64,000 bases of DNA from Sphyrna mokarran (GCA_024679065.1 JAGIQG010000021.1:23374001-23438000); one strand, 5' to 3'. Shown: positions 52,436 to 64,000, numbered from the stretch's first letter. Notes: generated by a model from the letters alone, not told the origin. Numbers and translations are program-made.

Positions 52436-54463
52436 TCTGCTCTAAACTTGTGATAAAAGTTGAATTGTCTCAGAGAATTTCTTTGTGGGGAATAAATAAA
52501 TTCAAAATTTGCATTTTAGTAGTTTTTTTTTGTTTGTGGACAAATACTGAGTATGTATATTTTAAATTGCAACCCTTGGAAATCATATCTCCTTTTTAAG
52601 TTAACAAACAACAGTGTAATGTAATCAGTTCTGACCAGCTTCAATTCTGTCTTCCTACTGATCAAATTGATTCTAACAGTGTTCAGTGCCACCCTTTAAC
52701 TGACCTAATTAGTGGATGTTGGTAAAATACAATCTCTGAGGAAAAAAAAAACGATATATCTAATTGAAATGCTGTCAGTTTCAAACATTGGCTGCTGGCA
52801 TGCACAATGTTCTTGGTCATTCAACAAGAGTTTTAGATAGATCATAAACTGATAATGTGGCGATTTGGCATTGTGCTGTGTTTGAGAAGAGAACAATTGA
52901 GTGAATCATTCAAGAGCAGTAGTAAAAAGGCCATAGGTAATTCTAATTGACAGATCAAGAACTACTCTTGAGCAAAAGTATGTTAAGAGATGGGATACCT
53001 TCCAAGCCTTTAAATCAGTGGTATCACCTACCACTTTGACACCAGTTTCAAAGCAAGCTGAGTGCAGCTTTAGGCTTTAATTGGGGAGAATAGATCTTAA
53101 TGTCTTTTAACTGACCTCCAACTGCTATTGCATGACACCTTATGGAAAGCTTTTTTAAAAAAAACACAGATATAAAGGTGGTCAAGCAAGTTAGCTTTGT
53201 TCTTGTAAAACTTGCTGTGAAAACAGATTTCAAACAAAGGACAGATTACGATTTACAATGCTGACGCTGTAGCTGTAACTTTTCTCAGACCCTTGGAATT
53301 GGGGTCAGAGGCAAGAGGTGATATGAAAATTGGTGCAGACTCCCCGATATTTTCCTACCTCCATGCACTCTTGTGGGGTGTAGTATTAGATAGGTGCTGA
53401 TAGCAACCAGCCCGACAATGACAACAGTGGAAGTCAATGATGGCAATAAGTGCTTAAGCTGGATATTCCTGAAACACCCTTTGCCCTCCTTCGCACCCCC
53501 CCCCCACCCTCCTTGTGACCCCCTTTAGTTTGTACAACATAGTTTAAAGGAGTTGAATGCACAGTGGGAGGATAGTTTGATCACAAAAATTGGAAGCCTG
53601 CTTTCAAGGATATGTCATTGCAACAGACTTTCAGCTATTGAGCCTTCTGTAGCTAATGAGATGCATTGAGATCCCTTCCTTCTCACCTCCCTCATGTAAT
53701 GATGCTCTCGCTTTCCCTCCAGTCACTATGGCTGCACTCCCCAACCTTGCATATCATCTCCTGATTTGCCTTCCGACCTCATCAGTCCACGCACATCCTG
53801 AATTAAAAATGGACCCAATGCTCAAATTATTTGAAATGGAGAAAATTCTGGTCAACGACAACACCTTCTTTAATCCGGCTGCAGTTTTACATTTCATCTC
53901 GCATATTTATCATGCTAAATCCCGCTTTTCAGGGAATAGCACAAAGCATGAAGTTTTTCTTATCTTCTACATTGAAAGTGAACAAAATAAGCCCATTAAG
54001 GTGAATTGACTTCTAGTTATACTGCAGATTGACATTTGAACTGAGACCTTCTGAAAGGGACCCTCAACAATGGTACCCCACCAGAGCATCTGGCTCCGTC
54101 TCCTCAGGCATTTGTGAGCTATTTAAAACAACACAATAAATCCAAGATCTGTTACAATGAGGTTTCATTTTAAAGCATGAGGAGCCATGAATAGTATCAA
54201 TTTATTCAATGTGAGATTCTCCACATGCTGTTGGTTGAGATTGCCAGCTGGCAAACTGGGTGAGTCGCATAGAGGACACAAAGGAAAAATTCTGAAACTG
54301 GGCAGCGTGCCACAGTTTGATCAAGTCATTAGAAGGAAAAGAGTGCTGCATGCTGGCACTGGTTCAGCAACTGTGCGCATGCAGATTGAAATGCTTCCAT
54401 TTTTTCATTGAAAAAAAAGAGCATCAATGCTCTCCAGCTGATTAATTGTGTCCTTTCTTTTAG

Positions 54464-54570
54464 ATACCTGATCCCATCATTGGATCGATCCCATGCTGGC
54501 TTTTACCGTTGCATAGTGAGGAATCGGGTCGGAGCGCTAATGCAGAGGAGGACAGAAGTCCAGGTGGCAT
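54464..54570 (+). CDS. sdk2: Sidekick-2 internal coding exon (second half of Ig domain 1; corresponds to vertebrate SDK exon 3)
   Basis: Polypyrimidine tract and TAG acceptor (54461-54463), GTAAGT donor at 54571. Encodes [35 protein letters not shown], matching recalled SDK2 ([31 protein letters not shown]) better than SDK1 (SLQKLDAGFYRCVVRN). 107 nt, phase 2 to 1. Confidence 0.95.
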
Positions 54571-54724
54571 GTAAGTTGGCCCAGAGTGCTGAATGATATT
54601 AACGTGTGCCATTGGGGCAGTTGCTGAATGTGTCCTTGGTATATTATTCAATATCAGCAGGTGAAAAGTCCAATTCGCATAGGTGAAAATATTTTATCCC
54701 AGTTCAACTTATTTGCTGCTGAAA

Positions 54725-55022
54725 GGATTTAAAGTTCAGCTGTTAGTGTCACGAGCAGGCTTACGTCAACATTGCAAGGAAATTACTGTGAAAATCCCCT
54801 GCTTGCCACACTCCTGCGCCTTTTCGTGTATATCGGAGAAGAATTTAGTATGGCCAATGCACCTAGGACTGTGTCTTTAGGACTGTGGGAGGAAACCGGA
54901 ACACCTGAAGGAAACAAGGAGAACATACAGACTCCCCCCAGGCAGTGACCCAAGCCAGGAATCGAACTCAGGTCCCTGGCACTGAGAGGCAGCGGTGCTA
55001 ACCACTGTGCCACTGTGCCGCC
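54725..55022 (-). mobile_element. V-SINE, type-b tail, about 155 nt downstream of the sdk2 exon
   Basis: Well-preserved head (GGCGGCACAGTGGCACAGTGGTTAGCACC on the - strand), B box and V-domain. Confidence 0.9.
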
Positions 55023-57659
55023 TAAAGCATGTAGTATGCTAGGGAATAGTGTCACTGACTGATGCCGCTGTTGTAAATTAGAATAAAATAACTTTGCATG
55101 GAGCCATTCTACTTATGTTAACAGTGATCTAAATAAAAACAAATTAAGCAAAGAGTGAACAAGAAAAGGTAACAACTGTTTTGGGATTTCTTTTACATCC
55201 TCAGTCGAGGCTATCACAAATGTAGTGCTTTCCTACTGCTCATCAATAAGCTATATTTAGAATCCGCCTGCCCTGAATTTCACTTTCTGTACATATGGCT
55301 CCCTTTCTTTTCTCGTACTGGAAAAGTCTTGGGGGAATTTCTATTCCCAAAACTCCCCATTTTGCAGTAACCCAAAAGTAAAATTGGGTTAACTAACAAA
55401 ATAAAAGCTGTGACAGAAACATAGTTGATGTGGAAAGTGTTGAGAATATTCTGCAGTAACTGAGGAGATCAGTTGAGTTGGTTGTGCTGACATCCACTTT
55501 TTACTGCAAATTCCCGTCAATCACAAAGGCAGGACAAAGCAGCAGAGAAGAAATGTCAGCACAACTGCAAACAATGCACGCACCGACCGACTATTTAATA
55601 GTCTCAAACTCAGCTCAAAAATGTCAATGTCATCACATCTGAGTGTCTTGCAATGTTATTTTGTTGCACAAACTCACTTAATTTCAAATTTAAGCACAAA
55701 TTGTATTCTGCAATCTGGAGCTGCCTGACCTGAAGATGCCAATGCGGGAGTTTTTGGAATAACTCAAATAGACAGAGTTATCTGCAGTAGGTAGTTCCAG
55801 ATTTACTCCCAAACTACAATAAATAGCCAAATCCTATTGAATTAAACAAGAGACTCTTGGAACGCAGAAGCAGTATTGATATAATCATGCTCAGTAGAGG
55901 CACGTCCTATCCCTAACTTTTAAAACATAGTGTATTTAGTTTGAAATCTTTTGGAACTGACTCTTCTTTTAAACATAGACATTAAAATGCTACAAAAGGT
56001 GGACGCCAAGAGTTACCTGACTTACAATGTGGATTCCAGCTACCACACTGCCTCTAATGGACTAAAATACACCATCCAGACTAAGAAGCATCAGTGCTTA
56101 TGTCTTAAGACCATTCAGAAGAGATTTACTAACATGAATGGGTCTTTTTCAGAAACAAAGACAATTCTATGCTCAGTTGAATGTCTGCACCCAAAGAATC
56201 ATATTGTGGCGAATTACTTTAGGCTCAACACCATGTTTGGAAGGGAGCTGTGAAAGACCATAAGGTGAGGCATCAACTTGGCCTCCCCTTTAGCAAAAAG
56301 GCTTGATGTGTTGACCACAGAACACAGAACAAAACAGAGTCAACAGGAAGGACAACAACATTTGCATCTTTAGAAACTGGAGATTGTAATACCTTACGGG
56401 CTCCAAATCTTTTCTTTTTCAAGTCTACCAATATAGAAAACCAATCTCCTGTTAATGAGACAACAACTTCGTAATGTGTTGAAAATGCATCTCTTCAAGG
56501 GAATTCTGCAATAGTTCTGACATACAACTCCAAGTTTTGAAACCAGCTAGGCTATTTTCAGGAATAAAATCTCCTTTTTCACCGAGCCTGCAACACCATC
56601 TTCCTTTCAGGCCAAGCCGATCGCATGAATTTTGAACTATTCCTTTGTTTGTAACTTGTAAAAGTTCACTACTCTCTATAACTGTACTTTCCTCATGTAT
56701 TTGCATGTTGAATGGCTGAGTAATTGATATACCAATAGATTTTCAAGATGAACATGTGAATAAATAATCTTTTTCAATTTAAACACATGAAACATTTGTC
56801 AATTATTCAAATTGACCACACACTCAGTGTTTAAGAAACACACACACTTTTCTTTTCAAAAACACAGTGATTATGGATAGTGAGGGATGGGAACAGGAAT
56901 TTTAAGTCTCTCTTATTCATGTCTATAGCAATATCCTCCTCACAGCTGTTGAGGAAAAGCTAACCTGAAATAGTGGATCTTCAAGAAAACTATTTTTAAA
57001 ACAAATGGAACATTTATTTTTTAAGTTGAAAAACATTTTCAAAGTCAACATTTTAGAGAATTTTTTTGTAAAAGGCACTTTTTTTGGCCTTCCCATCCCT
57101 GTTAGATTTTGTTCCAGATGCCACTTTTTTCTCAAACGCTGATCTATATGAAATACATTACGACGTCTAGTAGAAGTTAGTCTCCCTCCAAATGAACAAA
57201 CAGCTGGGACAAAGTTGTTGCTTTTTCTGAATTTTTTGCCATCGCCTCTAAGTCTTCAGTAACCTCATTGGCCAATGAAGGTGGTTAGTGGAATAGGGAA
57301 CAATATTGCTACTAAAGTGACTTGATTCCCCAAATGGCAAATTAATGCAAAAGTGTAACAAGAAAAAACTATGTCATCATATTTCCTTCAATTTCTGTTC
57401 AAATGTTTAGAAGAAGTACCAGTCATCTATATTCCAGAAATCTACATCTAATACCATTAGAAGTTTCTCATTATCCTGCCTGTTTGCTTTAATGTTAACA
57501 ATTTTATAGTACCACGTGTGTACCATCCACACCTGCATACTCAGAAATCCACACCAGTGAATCTTCTACAGAGAAGGTAGCATAACATCTCATAAAAACA
57601 TTGTTCTAAAATGAAGATACTGTTATTTTATAAGTGGGTTTTATTTTAAATCATCACAT

Positions 57660-58045
57660 ATTGCTCTACTCAGAACTCATTCACAGCAGGAGACTCTCAG
57701 GAGGTCAGCAGAAATGCTTAAAGTATACCCTCCAAGTATCCCTCAAGAAGTCAAACATCCCCACTAACCCATGGAAGAGCCCTGACTTGTGACTGACCAT
57801 AATAGTTAAGGCTCACCTGGGAAGGCACCAAAGGCATCATTAGATTTCAGTTGGAATAAACAGAGATAAATTTGAGATGTCAGAGGTCGCAAACAATCCA
57901 GTCTATCCAACCCCTCAAGCGTACCTGTCTACATATGGTAGTGTTTGCAGATTGCACATTGGACATCACTTCCTTCTCAGTTCCCATCAAGCCCAGAATG
58001 GAAGCGAGCCATCGTCTATCGTAAGGGATTGCCTAAGAAGAAGAA
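57660..58045 (+). mobile_element. RTE-clade LINE 3' end
   Basis: LYSELIHSRRLSGGQQK-like C-terminus and GGGATTGCCTAAGAAGAAGAA tail. Confidence 0.65.
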
Positions 58046-58935
58046 AAAGCTGAGCAAATAAAGAAGGCACAAAAACAAATGAAAAAACTGAGCAGACAAA
58101 CAAAATGGAAGACTCATGGTGTGAGAGGCAGTGCCATATGATTTCATTTTATACTTTCTTTTTCCGGACCTGTATTTGGTCCTCTGTATTTAGACTAAAA
58201 TGGACTTCATGGGTGATGGATCCTATACATTCATTTGCTTGGGAAGGACAGCTATTTCCAGACATTAAATCATCATAGATGTTGTCAGAAATGGTACTTC
58301 AGAGTGCAGAAGTTTCCACTAGGGAAGAAAAATCATTTCAACATATTTGCCATGTGGGGAGCAAAGTGTCTTTTTCCCATCTCAGCATTGAGCACCTTCC
58401 ATCTGCTCCTACATCTGCATGACTAAATATGCTGTAATTTCATATCATATTTTACTGCACGAAGATCAAAAGTGGATTTTTTCCAATCAGAGTAATCGTC
58501 CACTGCAAACTGTAAAAACAAGCTTGAATTTACAGCTGTATTGGATGATATAACCTGAGGTCCATGTTTAAGCATTATACTGAGAGACAGTACAAATGCC
58601 TACAGCCTGCATGTTGGAGTGGGGAGAAGGGAAATTGGGGAAATTACACTGCTGCTTAATTACCTAGGTAATGAGAATCTAATCAGGCAGCAGCATTAAT
58701 GAATTACGATAATGTGAAAATCACAGAAGATTCTGTACATTGTTTTAATTAGCTTAATTAACCACAATCTATTTGGGCACTGCCAAAGTGTGCACATTTA
58801 CACTGAATTCCAGGGCTGTAGAAACATCAAATTTAAAGGCACAAGCTTTTTGTTAGATTTATCTTATTAAAACATAAAAATAATTCAGCAATTCTGGAAG
58901 CTACATTTAGACCAATATTTCCCACCAATAGATAT

Positions 58936-59237
58936 AGGTGGCACCGTGCCACTTTGGTTAATACTGCTGCTTCACTATGCTAGGGACCCAGGTTCAATTC
59001 ACAGATTGGGTCATTATCTGCGTGAAGTCTGCACGTTCTCCCTGTGTCTGCATGGGTTTCCTTCAGGTGCTCCAGTCTCCTCCCACAGTTCAAAATATGT
59101 GCTGGTTATGTACATTGGTTATGCTAAACTTATTTCTCAGTGTATCCAAACAGGCACTGGAATGTGACAACTAAAGGATTTTCACAATAACTTCATTACA
59201 GTGTTAATGTAAGCCTACTTGTGACACGAATAAACTT
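58936..59237 (+). mobile_element. V-SINE, type-b tail
   Basis: Head, V-domain and type-b tail. Confidence 0.85.
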
Positions 59238-59355
59238 TTGTTTGCTGAATGCACTTTTCTGATCCTATTTACAACATTAATAAATGAAGTTATTCCATAA
59301 TTCAATATTGAACCTCAAAATATAAGCTTGACATTTTGCGCAATTTTTGAAAATG

Positions 59356-59490
59356 GCCAAAATTATCTGGCCATTCATACCTTGCCACTGCTGCCAGTGA
59401 GAACAGAGAATTTGGCATTCAGCCCAATCTCCAACCACTGTAACAGAACCAGAGAATCCCAGCCGTGGGCGAGTTTGGAGAATCCAGCCC
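59356..59490. mobile_element. Small MITE
   Basis: GGCCAAAATTATCTG...GGAGAATCCAGCCC imperfect TIRs around a GC-richer body. Confidence 0.4.
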
Positions 59491-61574
59491 TTTAATTTGA
59501 ATGATCTGTTTCTTTAAGAGCAATATCCCACTGCACGTGCAAAATGCTACTTTATTAACTCTTACCATCCCATGGACACAATTACAACATCTTGATAGCA
59601 GCCAATGAGTCTTGCTGTGAAATGTTGCAGACGGCAGCTGAGAGAATGAAAATTATAAATGTTGTTCACTCTTGAAGGAGCTTTTTTAACTTAGCTTTAT
59701 TAAGGGAAAAGGCCTCACTTTATTTCTTTTTCCAATATTTGCCCAAACTATTACTACCAAAATACACGTTTTGGAATTTTTTGATTGATTTTATTTCTGC
59801 GATGATTTAATCATACTGTGAGAATTTCCTTGTGGCAAAATGCTTAAGAGAATATTAGGATCAATCAGCTAACCTTTCCAATGGCCATTTTTGTGCCAAG
59901 CCACGTAGTCACCTGTTTTTATAACTTAAACAATATGAGGAATGGTTTGGGTAAAATGTCTAAGCTTCTAGTGAGCTTTCAGGTTTTTCTGATCATTAAA
60001 TATATTTTCACATATCTAGTGGGCATGCTTTTCTCAGATGATCTTTGTTGTGTGCAATTTAAAATTCCAGTCATATAGACTGTTGCCTTCAACATTGCAG
60101 TTTCTTGTTAATTGTTCTTTTGCACAACATTACATGAAGCAATAAGATTTCAGAGAGCTTACATAAAAATATTGTCGCCAGGTAACTCCAAATGATAGCT
60201 TAAATAGCTTGCGTTCACTGGAAGGGATGTTGTGTAGCATTAGACTGCTTTGACCCTCGGGGATCGCTTACGTGTCTTGATTGTAGACTCAAGGAAAAAC
60301 AACAAATGTCAAATACCTCAGTCTCGTAAGAAAACTGCTTCTGTCAATCATATTTAATCTGTCTCTTTTTCTCTGTTATGTTTTACTTCAGGAATGAAAT
60401 ATTAATGTGAAATATTTGTCTTTCTCCTTCAATTTATGATGTTATTCCTCACCATCTCAAAATCTGAGATATCATTGAACTTATTCTTCCTCGACTTTCA
60501 GCCAACTCTTTAACAAATGTAATTTGCTGCCTCTCCTGTGACAACGCAACAGGTCTTGGTCTACGTACGAACAACGCTGTAGAATTTGCCTTAGGTCGAA
60601 TTCAAACCACAGACTTTGTGTTGAAAATGACTGGCAGGCATCAAAATCAATACCCTAATGTTATTTCCCATTACTACACTGAAAGAGATTAACCTTTCAA
60701 CTGAATTCTTTAGTTAATATACAAGTTGTGTAAAACCACTACATGGCCAGATAGATATGCAGGTTTTTCAGGCCTAATGTAAAATAATGAAATCTGAATT
60801 TCTATTACACTAAGGGAATCTTTAGTATCCTCTCTTGATCCCCCATGTGACTTTTTGAAACTGTGTCATCCTGATCATCTGTACCGCAGTAATCCATTTA
60901 CTGGGAATCCTGTTTCTGAAACATCTCGAATACTTAGAGATCAGTGACTGGTCGATTCTGAATGTGCAGCATGAAATTGACCTGAAATTGACAAATAGAT
61001 TGTTGGGAAAGAAATAATGGTTATTTGAAACTGGGAATGTGTGGAATTAAGATGAGGCTGCATCATTATATTTAACCTGACTGGTTGGGAGCTGCAGAAT
61101 GTTGAGATGCAGCACAGCTGTAGTTTGCCTTATACAACTAAACAACATCTCAAAGTCAATGAAATGAATAAACAGCTGAGGAAACTCTTCATAATTGTTA
61201 ATATTTGTGTTTTTAGAAGTTTCTATTTAAGTCCATTCAGAAATGAACAGTTTTACAGTGAAAAGAGTAAAATTATTTAGTGTTAGTTTTAAATGTACTC
61301 TCAGAGAGAGGATATTTGTGTGGTGGAGAATGGAGCACGTCTTCAACCACTGCCAGCTTCTTGCATTCTTGGATCAGAATTAGAGCAGACTAAATGGAGA
61401 CCAAACCTCCCTGCTGTGACTCAGCAAAGGTCCAACTTCAGGGCATGTGTCTACTGCATGACAGCGATTTTTATTTCCCACAAGTTATCCACAGTTTCTG
61501 TAAGATCGATGCTGGAGTTTTAAGCACTTCCGCCCGCTTTATTTCATCTCATCCTGTCAATAGTTAAGAAAGAA

Positions 61575-61900
61575 AGGCTTGCATTAATAGAAGATTTTCT
61601 GGTGGCAGCCATTTTGCACAAGGCAAGCCCCCAGAGAGAGCAATGTGACAATGACCAGATAATCTGTTTTTACCATGTTGATTAAGGAATAAATATTGGT
61701 CAAGTCACTGAGGATAACCTCCCTGCTCCTCTTCAAAAAAAGTGGCTTGGGATATTTTAGATTTACCTCAGAGGGCACAAAGAGCCCCGTTTTAGCTTTC
61801 AGCTGAAAGATGGCACCTCCAACAGTGCAACACTCAGAATGGCACTGGAGTCTCATTGTGGATTTTTGTACTAAAGTCTCTAACATGGGGCTTGACCGCA
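61575..61900 (-). mobile_element. DeuSINE (SacSINE1/AmnSINE1-like)
   Basis: Reverse complement of the same domain (GAAAGATGGCACCTCCAACAGTGCAACACTC, AATAAATATTGGTCA, GCAGCCATTTTGCAC). Confidence 0.75.
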
Positions 61901-62747
61901 CAAATTCAGTTACATATTAATAACTATTTTATACTGGGAAGCCATGCCCACTTGAAACTAAACTAAAATACCTCATAATCATTTCACAGACGTCTCCTAT
62001 AATCAGTAACAGAAATTACTTCCTCTTGTCGTTCTGCAACGTGTTTGAATTCAAAGATCAAAATTGAAAGAGCGTTTGAAACCCTGCCACTACCAATCAA
62101 TCGTGAACTGTGTTCCTCATAAACTCCACAAATTAAAAAATATTTAATTATCCAATACAATGATGCAGTATGGCAAATATATATGAAATGATAAGGCATA
62201 CATTCGAGCCCACACATCACAAACTTAATCTCACTGACTCTGGTGTGTAGGTAGCAAGAAAAGGCCAAGAATCTCACCATAGAGAGGAAACACACAACTG
62301 AAGAAGGGTTGTTGGGTATGGTTAGAGCACCCTTTGTAAAGTTCAGTTGACCATTGGCTTACTTGTGTGCTGTTTGGGCTGGCAAGGGTGATCAGTATTC
62401 AAGAAAAGTGGAACAGGAATTATGCTGTAAGTTTATTCAACAAAAAAAGTCAGTGGTCTATTATGAAGTGCAATCTGGCTGATGAGAAGGAACAAATCCT
62501 CATTAAAATTCCTAATTTAGTGACTATCTTGTAAATTTTCAAAGTAATCTACTTTGTACACTTAAAGGGAATATGTTCTTGCCATATATATTGTGAGCAT
62601 CCTCTGGGCTAAACAGTTTATTTGATTTTGGTGAATATAAGACATTTAATTTTTTGAATGTTTTTCTGGCATTACATTTGCATTAACCACGTTAAAGATG
62701 ATGGCAGTCATGCTTTAACACTTTCAGCAGTGTTGTTTCAAAACTGG

Positions 62748-63289
62748 TGTAATAAGTCCTCAGAGGCAGAAATCCCTTCACCAAAATCCCTTTATTTACA
62801 AATCTGACAACAGCACATAGAGCACTTTCAGTCTCAACAATCTATATTAGGTGTCCCAGAAGAACTGACACCTCTAAGTAAGTACAAAGGCTTCCTGATT
62901 GGTCTATCAATTTGGCAAGTCTATATTCTAACAGGCCAACCTCAATTCATAGAATCATGGAATCTCTACAGTGCAAAAGAAAGCCATTCAGCCCATTGAG
63001 TCTGCACCGACCACAATCCCACCCAGGCCCAGGTAAACCCCTTGTATTTACCTTAGCTAGTCCGCCTAACAGTAAGCGACAATTTAGCATGACCAATCCA
63101 CCTAACCTGCACATCTTTGGAATTGGGAGGAAACTAGAGCAAATACCTGTAGACATGGGGAGAATGTGCAAACTCCATACAGACAGTGAGAAAATGGGAA
63201 TCAAAACCCAGGTTCCTGGCACTCTGAAACAGCAGTGCTAACCACTGTGCCATCGTACCACCTTAAATTGCCTGATTAAAGTCATTACA
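62748..63289 (-). mobile_element. Solo LTR-like element (interrupted by a SINE)
   Basis: TGTAAT...ATTACA inverted termini and minus-strand AATAAA (TTTATT ~62791). About 225 bp once the SINE is removed. Confidence 0.55.
62948..63262 (-). mobile_element. V-SINE, CR1-type tail, nested in a solo LTR
   Basis: Complete reverse copy. Confidence 0.85.
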
Positions 63290-63763
63290 ACCAGATTTCA
63301 TGAGATGTGGCAGCAAATAAGAACTACTCTCTGCCATTTATTTCCCCCTTTCTTCCAGTTGAAATACTTTTGGCCTCTGTTTTACACTTCCTCATGCCTG
63401 GGATCACCAACCCAACATGAACACTAATTGATATCAGGCATGTCAAACTATTCTGTGATTCTAAGTCATTGCACATGCGTACTTGTTTTCTCACTCCATG
63501 TTACATTGCACAGAAATGTCCAGATCATTGCTCTTCTTGAAGTTATACCCAAAAAATGCCAGTTTTGAAACAACACTGCTGAAAGTGTTAAAGCATGACT
63601 GCCACCATCTTTAACGTGGTTAATGCAAATGTAATGCCAGAAAAACATTCAAAAAATTAAATGTCTTATATTCACCAAAATGATTTTTGCATTGAATTGC
63701 AGAATATACAGCACAGAGCATTACACCTGAACCATACTGTTTATAAATACTGTTTTTTTTTAG

Positions 63764-63911
63764 ATATGGCAAACTTCGAGAATGGTGAAAAATATCTAAG
63801 TGTATCCCAGGGAAATGCTGCTGTTGTCAAGGCACCTAGAATTTCTACCTTCCCCCGGCCCCAAGTCACATGGTTCAGAGATGGCCGGAAAATCTCACCC
63901 AGCAGTCGCAT
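63764..63911 (+). CDS. sdk2: Sidekick-2 internal coding exon (first half of Ig domain 2; corresponds to vertebrate SDK exon 4)
   Basis: T-run plus TAG acceptor (63761-63763), GTAAGT donor at 63912. Joins the previous exon in frame (T|AT = Tyr) and encodes [52 protein letters not shown]2-like ([18 protein letters not shown]). 148 nt, phase 1 to 2. Confidence 0.95.
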
Positions 63912-64000
63912 GTAAGTTTTAACAAGATGACCTTGACGTTATATACTTGAATTTAAAACTCTATTAATGTTACATTAAATAATGTCCTCACTTTGCTATT

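Larger units (their letters stand above)
1..54463 (+). other. sdk2: Large sdk2 intron (>54 kb, 5' end outside the window)
   Basis: No exon for the expected preceding Ig1 segment (..GSWPLEFKW..) was found by eye. The region is dominated by decayed repeats. Confidence 0.75.
62625..63681. repeat. 123-bp inverted repeat (arms 62625-62747 and 63559-63681; 122/123 complementary)
   Basis: Direct base-by-base comparison. The single mismatch is A62701 opposite C63605. Confidence 0.95.
54571..63763 (+). other. sdk2: sdk2 intron (GT-AG, 9193 nt)
   Basis: Bounded by GTAAGT and TTTTAG between the two in-frame exons. Confidence 0.9.

Noticed and set aside
54408-54596. ORF-track start and stop for the two SDK-like ORFs (also 63661-63915)
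   Set aside because: The N- and C-terminal extensions are intronic read-through. The true limits are the splice sites.
54950-55022. tRNA-like A/B boxes
   Set aside because: These are SINE heads, not tRNA genes. They continue into the V-domain and lack a full cloverleaf.
56200-56720. Possible solo LTR
   Set aside because: LTR-like composition, but no TG..CA termini or TSD could be fixed.
54464-63911. Assignment as SDK1 or DSCAM
   Set aside because: Diagnostic residues ([35 protein letters not shown]) match SDK2 as recalled. A BLAST search would confirm.

Overview
This is eukaryotic, AT-rich, repeat-dense DNA from a cartilaginous fish, most likely a shark (inferred from HE1/V-SINE, SacSINE1/DeuSINE, CR1 and Penelope-type repeats). 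The window lies inside a sidekick-2 (sdk2) Ig-superfamily adhesion gene on the + strand. Two coding exons are visible: 54464-54570 (107 nt) and 63764-63911 (148 nt). No upstream exon was found by eye, so bases 1-54463 appear to be one giant intron. The introns hold a layered TE fossil record: a decayed GalEa-type Ty1/copia element, a full-length decayed Mag-clade Gypsy with five nested insertions, PIF/Harbinger-type MITEs, CR1/L2/Rex1/RTE LINE pieces, about 16 V-SINEs with two different 3' tails, and Penelope-like termini carrying hammerhead-ribozyme motifs. Almost all ORFs in the supplied track are spurious or TE-derived. I found no firmly supportable new multi-gene system. The best leads are (1) a near-perfect 123-bp inverted repeat just upstream of an sdk2 exon, (2) hammerhead-bearing inverted Penelope mini-insertions with TSDs and (3) the copia fossil. 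Repeat boundaries were read by eye and are approximate unless TSD/TIR positions are given.
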